Origin: Octopus sinensis
Lineage: Eukaryota
DNA: 64,000 nucleotides
Assembly (NCBI RefSeq): GCF_006345805.1
Contig: NC_043004.1
Coordinates: 61,752,001 to 61,816,000 of the forward strand
Direction: 5' to 3'
The position numbers and the translations under genes were made by a program. Positions 57,135-64,000 of the stretch are shown piece after piece. The notes beneath the pieces are model-generated. The model was given only the letters and a program-made list of their open reading frames with translations. It was not told where the DNA came from and made no database searches. The stretch's first letter is position 1. Every line of letters starts with the position of its first letter.

Positions 57135-58195
57135 TCAATCTGGTTGCCGGGTAGGTCTATAGTTCTTGTAGTTCGCATACTTCTTATGCATACATTTGGG
57201 GAGTGTTCTGAGAGTTTTGTTAAGGAGAGGGCCTTTGGGCGAACAAGATCTCTAGGCTCTCCGATATGCAGAGGTCACAGCAGGTATGGCCTCCTCTGTA
57301 CGAGGCGCGCCTTCTGTAGTAGTTTTCCACTTGTCTTGAAGGGATGGAGTTTCCTTTTAAGGTACCAGATGTGGGCGGCGAGGGTAGTTTGGTTGGATTT
57401 ATCCTGTCGCCGGAACGAGTGTGTGTGTGCGTACCAACGGGTCTTAAAGCTGTTTGACGTCATTCCGATGTAGGTTTTCTTTTATCGTCAGGGCCTGATC
57501 TTACCTCGCATGTATATACTAGGTCCCTCTGTAGGCAGTTGTTGTTGAGGGGGCAGGTGGTTTTATCCGGGCAGTTGCAATTGCTATCGGACGTTGGATG
57601 GGCCTCGGAAAAAGTAGATATGTTAATTTTTTCACATTGTTGTTGGCTAGGTTCCTGGCTAGATTGGGCGTGGTAGAGTAGGAGAGTCTAATAGTGTTCT
57701 TATTTAGGATAATTTAGTACTTATGTTGGGTGGGGAAGTGTTTTCTGTAGGAGAGTGAAGAAGATTTTAGCTACAGGTGTAGCGACCTCACGGTTGAAGG
57801 GGGGGGGTTGTACCAGCTAATGTGTCCTTCGTCTATTTTCCCTGGGTTGGCGTGGGGCTATACTAGTATAGGTAATCTTATCTTTAAAGCCACTACGGGC
57901 CAGGGCCTCGTTGTAATAGGGGGCTGCGGCCTTAAGATATCTTCCGTGGCGGACAGGCTAGAAATTCTAATTGAGACACTTTTTACTAGGTTATCTAATA
58001 TATTTTTGGGGTGGTTGGAATTAATATCTATATATCAAGGGATTCATTCGGTTGTGGTACGGGTAATGAAGTAGGGTTTTTTAAGTCGAGGGTGACATCA
58101 AGGAAGTTAGCTTTATTAAGTTGGATCTAAGGTAATCCTAAGGCCAAAGTTTTTAAAGAAGGTGTAAAGATTTTTTCCGGAACCCCTCCGTGGTC
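57135..58195 (-). pseudogene. Penelope RT C-terminus plus GIY-YIG endonuclease, frameshifted
   Basis: NFLDVTLDL, HISWYNPPFN, NKNTIRLSYSTTPNL, CNCPDKTTCPLNNNCL..LVYTCEV, YIGMTSNSFKTRWYAH..SFR, CDLCISE, LLNK..KCMH. Confidence 0.9.
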
Positions 58196-58369
58196 CTGGG
58201 GTTTATTATTTTAATTTTTTTTATTTATTCTTCTATCTAATTTAACACTGACTCCTTGACCACTCCCCCAGTATGATATTTTGCGCTATGCCTACCTCCA
58301 AAAAGTCCCCCACCCACACCCCTTTAGACCTGCCTAAATGTATAAATGCCAATACAATTCTTGTTAACT

Positions 58370-58421
58370 AGCTTCCTGAAGATTTTCTCTTGAATGAAAC
58401 AGTTCTAGTCCTGTAGAAGCT
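58370..58421 (+). ncRNA. Type I hammerhead ribozyme motif (mirror copy 53928-53978, minus strand)
   Basis: AGCTTC-CTGAAGA-TTTTC TCTT GAAT-GAAA-CAG TTCTAGTC CTG-TA-GAAGCT: 6-bp stem I, 4-bp stem III, GUA site, weak stem II. Confidence 0.75.
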
Positions 58422-59133
58422 CCTTCTATATAATAATTAATTTTACTCTGCTATGTATTGAGTACCTTATTTACTGTGTTGAACCCCGATCAACCCTGCA
58501 CCTACATATATATAATATATATATAATATATGTATAATATATATATATAATATACACTTAACCATTTGGTAGTACAAAAATGGCTGATACTGATAATCAT
58601 ACCGAGGTAGACAGAACAAGACCTATGAGCCATGTAAGATAGCGTAAGAATACATTTCATTTTAACTCATACATTACCAATAACATTTGTGAGAGGAACA
58701 GTGAAAAATATGCAAGGCTTGCCACAACATCAACATCTGAAGTTTTGTTATCTATATTCCATCGATGAAACATCTTATATTTGTCCGAATGAACCAGGCA
58801 AAAATTAAAAACATAAAGGGAGCATTTACGTGCGCACAAATGTGATCAGCATATATATGTATGTGTGCATATATATACACACAAGCGCTCGTGCGCGCAC
58901 ACTGCCGCACACACACACACACACACATTCATATATATGCATATCTAGTGATGTTTGCATAAATATTCAAAGTTGGTGCTATCGATTGTTTCGAAATGAT
59001 GAATAATGCACATGAATATAAATTGTTTCACAATGAGAAAGATAATATATCGTTATATCATAACTGTATTTTCAATGAAATTTCATCAAATAATAAACCA
59101 ACACATTTGCACAATTTAAAGACTATTAGTTGA

Positions 59134-59527
59134 CTAGCAGTATCGCCCGGCGTTGCTCGGGTTTGTAAGGGAAATAACTATATAAGCATTTTTAGAGAGT
59201 TGTCGCCAAAAAATAGGAAAAAATGCATTAAAAATGGAAAAAAATTAAGGTAAATTTCTTTTTAAATCGTTGACACATCGTAGATATTTTTAGAGAGTTA
59301 CTTCCCTTATTTAATAGCGAAAAAATTGCATTAAAATGGAAAAATATGATGGTAAATTTTTTTTAATCGTAGACTCATCGTAGACGCGCGCTAATACCCA
59401 GAAGGGCTCGATATGACTCACGACTATAACTACCCGGATTTGGTTACACTGCAACGCAAAATCTGGGAGTAGTTAGGAATCTAAATCGTAGGAGACAGAC
59501 ACACAACTTCACTCTTATATATAAAGA
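59134..59527 (-). mobile_element. Non-autonomous Helitron
   Basis: Minus strand A|TCTTTATATATAA..GTCTGTCT ... CCCGAGCAACGCCGGG hairpin ... CTAG|T. Internal repeat of about 100 bp. Confidence 0.85.
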
Positions 59528-59636
59528 TATAAGCCACGTATTTATATACACATACTTTGTTATATACGCATTCTTAAAAGAAAATGTTATTTTGAATACA
59601 ACATTTATAAAGAATAAAATATTTTTTGGTTTTTCT

Positions 59637-60941
59637 TAACCCTTTCGTTACTATATTTCTGACCAAAATACACCCCTTATATATTTCAATTAATTTCTAA
59701 CGTAATCATAAATTTAGTCTGGTTTCATTAAACAACTATAACTTTTTTATTTATCAATATATTAATGTGACTTTTGGAAGATAATTTAATGAAATGTCCT
59801 CAACCAATTCTATACTGTAATTTTTGTCACAAAGTGACTTTAATTGCAGGTAGATACAGGTAAATTCAACAATATATAAAATTATTAAAATTTTGTTCAA
59901 ACATCGCTATAGAAAATGGTTTATTAGCTAATATTCAATTGGGTATACAACAAAATTTTATGATAGAATTTGTTATTCTGGGTAACTTTCTGTAAAATTA
60001 TTAAAATTGTGTTCAAACATCGCTATAGAAAATGGGTTATTAGCTAATATTCAATTGGGTATACAACAAAATTTTACGATAGAATTTGTTATTCTGGGTA
60101 ATTTTCTGTAAAATTATTAAAATTTTGTTCAAACATCGCTATAGAAAATGGGTTATTAGCTAATATTCAATTGGGTATACAACAAAATTTTACGATAGAA
60201 TTTGTTATTCTGGGTAACTTTCTGTAAAATTATTAAAATTTTGTTCAAACATCGCTATAGAAAATGGGTTATTAGCTAATATTCAATTGGGTATACAACA
60301 AAATTTTACGATAGAATTATTCTGGTAACTTTCTGATACCCATATAATATTTATGGCAAAATAGGCCTTAATTTCATTTAAGGTTGTGGGAAATAACAAA
60401 CTATCCTTTCTTTCGTTTTTGTTTACGTTTAGCGTAATGATTTCAAATAGGCTCATTCGAAAAAATAAAAAGAAATAGTTTAAGGCTTTATACTCTTCTG
60501 GGAAAGTCTGTGGCTTGGTGCAGTTTCTTCAGAAAAATCACCGAAAGAAACAGTTTTTAAATTTTCACTCCATTCAGGTGCTAATTCGTTTTCTTTATCG
60601 CTGTCGGATTCACTGTTTTCACTTTAATAGCTGCAAACTTGCAAAGACAAAGGAGGAGAAGGGTGATAGCGTCAGTGAAACAATTCGCTCCCTTTCTGTG
60701 TGTGTGCGTTTGCATGTGGTGTAAACCACATTAAGAAAAACAATTGACATACACACCAGAATGTGATTTTCTGTAATTTTGCTTAATTGGAGTTTAAATT
60801 TTAAAAACTGGACCTGGCATGACCCGATGCATTCTACTCTTAAAAACCTAGCTAGCAAATTGCAATTGAAGAAATCCTATAGTGTAGATTTCTATAACTT
60901 ACAAAGGGAGGCAGATAAAATCTGCCTTTTATAATAAGAGA
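59637..60941. mobile_element. Composite DNA-element remnant
   Basis: Left end TTAACCCTTT is piggyBac-like. Right end reads TCTCTTATTATAAAAG on the minus strand, like a Helitron 5' end. Confidence 0.35.
59878..60334. repeat. Tandem repeat, 116-bp unit x about 4
   Basis: ATTATTAAAA starts at 59881, 59997, 60113 and 60229. Units are near-identical. Confidence 0.95.
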
Positions 60942-61096
60942 TATAAGCATTCTAAAAGTTTCTTTTGTCACAAACCGCATTTATGTTTCAAATGAAAGTA
61001 ATAAACATTTATAATGGTATTTACATTAGTACTGTAGCTATATCAATATAAAAAAATTTAAAACATATATTTGTCTGAATGGATATACATTTTATG

Positions 61097-61131
<35 letters not shown>

Positions 61132-61212
61132 CTGTGTGTGTGTATATATATGTATGGGTGTATACATATATATGTATATATATGTATATATATATGTGTA
61201 TATATATATGTA

Positions 61213-61592
61213 TATTAATAAAAGGAATTCCAGCCTTGTCTGATTTTCACGTTTTAATTACAATCTTATAATGATATAATATAATATAATATGATATGAT
61301 AAAATAAAATAATAGAATGTTAAATGTTCATTCTGATTGAACTAGTACTTTCATGCATTAAATTCTGCAATCTTCAAGTATATGTAGTAGTGGTGACAGT
61401 CATGCTTCACAATTTTTGTGAAGCATGACTGTCTCAACTACTACATGAACCTGAAGATTGCAGAATTTAATGCATGAAAGTACTAGTTCAATCAGAATGA
61501 ACATTTAACATTCTATTATTATATTATTATATCATTATAAGATTGTAAATAAAACGTGAAAATCAGACAAAGTTGGAATTCCTTTTATTAAT
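61213..61592. mobile_element. Near-perfect palindrome of about 380 bp (head-to-head pseudo-LTRs) between microsatellites
   Basis: Centre GACAGTCATGCTTCACAA-TTT-TTGTGAAGCATGACTGTC. Arms match out to TATTAATAAAAGGAATTCCA / TGGAATTCCTTTTATTAATA. Confidence 0.92.
61446..61490 (+). ncRNA. Minimal type I hammerhead ribozyme motif
   Basis: TGAAC-CTGAAGA-T TGCA GAATTTAA TGCA T-GAAA-GTAC-TA-GTTCA: 5-bp stem I, palindromic stem III AGTACT, CUA site. Confidence 0.78.
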
Positions 61593-61623
61593 ATATTCTT
61601 CTATACACAATCACACACACCCC

Positions 61624-61699
<76 letters not shown>

Positions 61700-61870
61700 A
61701 TATATATCATATATATGTATTATATATATATATATATAATGTATATACCATATTATATAGTATATATATATGTATTATATGTATGTATATGTATATATGT
61801 ATGTATATATATGTATTATATGTGTATATATATGTAATTATTTATATGTATGTATATATATATATAATGT

Positions 61871-61907
<37 letters not shown>

Positions 61908-61982
61908 TATATGTATATATACATACTTACATCTATCTATTTATCTATCTACCATACATACATATATATTTAAATATATATA

Positions 61983-62335
61983 AGGAATACAAAAAAAATG
62001 AGACAAGAACGCAAAACATCCAGACAATTAGATGATAAAAAAAGGAGATGAAAAATCAAGGACGTGTCATTCGGAGTTTTCTTTCCTCATTCGAGTCCCA
62101 TGTTGCAATTTCGGCTCGTTATACTTGAGAAGGAAAATCTAAACTATGTGCACCAGATTCCATGAAAGCAGCGAATTTATACGAAAACAAGGACGCAAAA
62201 AACGGAGAAATGGAGCCAACTCTACTGAGGAAAGATAATTCCGAGTGAACCGTCTTTGTTTCTTCTTGTCCCTCTTTTAGCAACATCTAACTGTCTGCAT
62301 GTTTTGCGTTATTGTCCCATTTTTGTATTCCCTTT
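61983..62335. mobile_element. Diverged fold-back element (arms about 61983-62095 and 62221-62332)
   Basis: GGAATACAAAAA..GACAAGAACGCAAAACAT pairs with ATGTTTTGCGTTATTGTC..TTTTTGTATTCC. A related single arm lies at 34110-34235. Confidence 0.7.
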
Positions 62336-62372
62336 TATATACATATGGCCGTGTACGTTCACTTTGGTCTCA

Positions 62373-62406
<34 letters not shown>

Positions 62407-62854
62407 CATTTGAATATATATGCCTATATTCACAGGCAGATGCATTCGCAAACACATATACATATGCAGACATTTCGTTAACCTTAACGATCAGGGAATG
62501 TTTAACCCAACCTGAATTCCGACCAAAAATGAGCAATCCAATGTGCAATACAAGGGTTATTGGGGTGAATAGTATTTCAGTAGATGGAGGATATCATTGC
62601 AACTTGAGATATATCCCACCTGCGATATCGGTATTGTTTTTCTTAAGATATTTCATTTACACACACACACAAACGCACACACACACACACACGTATCAAG
62701 AAAAATATCTAAAACTTTACACATGTATTCATACAGACACACATATATTCATCTATCCATTCATTCATACATGCATACATATATATATCTACCTATCAAA
62801 CCATACATACATATACATACATACACACACACAAATATATATATATATATAATA

Positions 62855-64000
62855 TATGAAAAAACAAGTCAAAAATAGAAAATGCTAAAATAATTTTATA
62901 GTGACATTTCAGTACCGGTTTCGGTCATTTTGAGACCTTTTCAACTGTAACGATTAAATATTAAATTTAGAAAATTAGAAGAAAAGATTTTTTAAAGAAT
63001 ATTTCTATAGTAGTGTTCAGATTTAAGTGGCATTCTGGCTTTTCTCTGACTCCCTTGTTTGCACTTGTGTGTCGGAGGTCGTTGTGAGTTCTTGGAAGGG
63101 TAGTAGAGGAGAAGGCTGGTGGGGAAAGGGGATGGGAGAATCTGGGAGTGCCCTGATGGTCGTATTTTGAATGGTCAGTGGCGGCTGGCAGTCTCAGTTC
63201 AATTCAGGAACTATTATATTGACAGGCTTGTTTATTGAATTAGCGTAGGTGTTATACTAAAAAACATTAGTGGCAAAGTTAAGGGGTAGGGGTTGAGAAG
63301 TAGAAGAAGAGAAGAAGAAGAAGAAGAAGAAGAAGAAGAAGGAGAAGAAGATGACGATGATGGTGATGATGGTGGTGATGATGATGACGACGATGATGAT
63401 GTATAATGATGATGATGGAAGAAGAGGAAGAAGAAGAAGAAGAAAAAACAGAGAAGGGGGAATATAAATGGGTGTAAGTATAAGCTATGAAGGGCTGATT
63501 AGTAATGGATTCTATGGAGTGTAATATTTGTGTGTGTATATATATTTTTTTCTTTTATCTAAAGTTGAGGTATATTAATTGTTTGTCGTAGACCCGTTTA
63601 GAGAAGTGGCTTGTTTTTGTAATAAAGAGATTTTCTTTACTTATTCGTTGTCTCGAGGTTGTATCGTCCCTAAATTGGTAGAGGGGGAAAATTCTGAAGT
63701 TTGGTGTTTTTTTTGTTGGCGCAAGTATCTATGTGTTGGCTAAAAACTATTTTTCTGTTTTGGGGAATTTTTATCTGGGATCTGTGCAGGGCCATTCGTT
63801 TACGCAAACCATTTTTTGTTTGGCCTATGTACTGCTCTTGACACCCGGAGCAGGTTAGTGAGTATATAGGTTCTCCGAAGCACATGTGAAGTTGCTTTTC
63901 ACTGTTAAACCGTTGTCCCTGCTTGAAGGAGACTCTGATCCCTCAATTAGATAGTCGCATATCCCGCAATTAGGTCTTCCACATTTTTTTACTGTCGGCT
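62855..64000 (-). mobile_element. Penelope-like element 3' end (Neptune-like GIY-YIG at about 63575-64000), runs off the window
   Basis: KCGRPNCGICDY..NFTC..IYSLTCSGCQEQYIGQTKNGLRKRMALHRSQI..HIDTC. 3' pseudo-LTR with HHR, ending at (TA)n. Confidence 0.9.
62910..62947 (-). ncRNA. Minimal type I hammerhead ribozyme motif, U3:A8 variant
   Basis: CAG-TTGAAAA-GGTC TCAAAAT GACC-GAAA-CCGG-TA-CTG: palindromic stem III ACCGGT and GUA site. Confidence 0.75.

Larger units (their letters stand above)
53921..58505 (-). mobile_element. 5'-truncated Penelope-like element bounded by inverted pseudo-LTRs, inserted in (TA)n
   Basis: 53921-54150 is the reverse complement of 58200-58430. RT/GIY-YIG remnant inside and an HHR in both arms. 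Confidence 0.88.

Noticed and set aside
59878-60334. CRISPR-like array
   Set aside because: Contiguous 116-bp units with no unique spacers, no cas genes, and a eukaryotic context.

Overview
AT-rich, microsatellite-dense eukaryotic DNA that is probably intergenic or intronic. The SINE families match those I recall from Octopus, so a cephalopod origin is an inference. I can support no intact protein-coding gene, and most listed ORFs are microsatellite artefacts. The window is a mosaic of decayed mobile elements: tRNA-derived SINEs (some multimeric), HERO, Dong/R4 and RTE LINEs, a mariner, nested Helitrons and several Penelope-like elements (PLEs). The strongest signal is a set of at least 5 clear and about 5 degenerate minimal type I hammerhead ribozyme (HHR) motifs with variant cores. 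They lie in PLE pseudo-LTRs and in short fold-back elements, most of them beside (TA)n tracts. The window also holds a death-domain pseudo-exon and several unexplained inverted duplications. All alignments and folds were done by eye, so boundaries are approximate.
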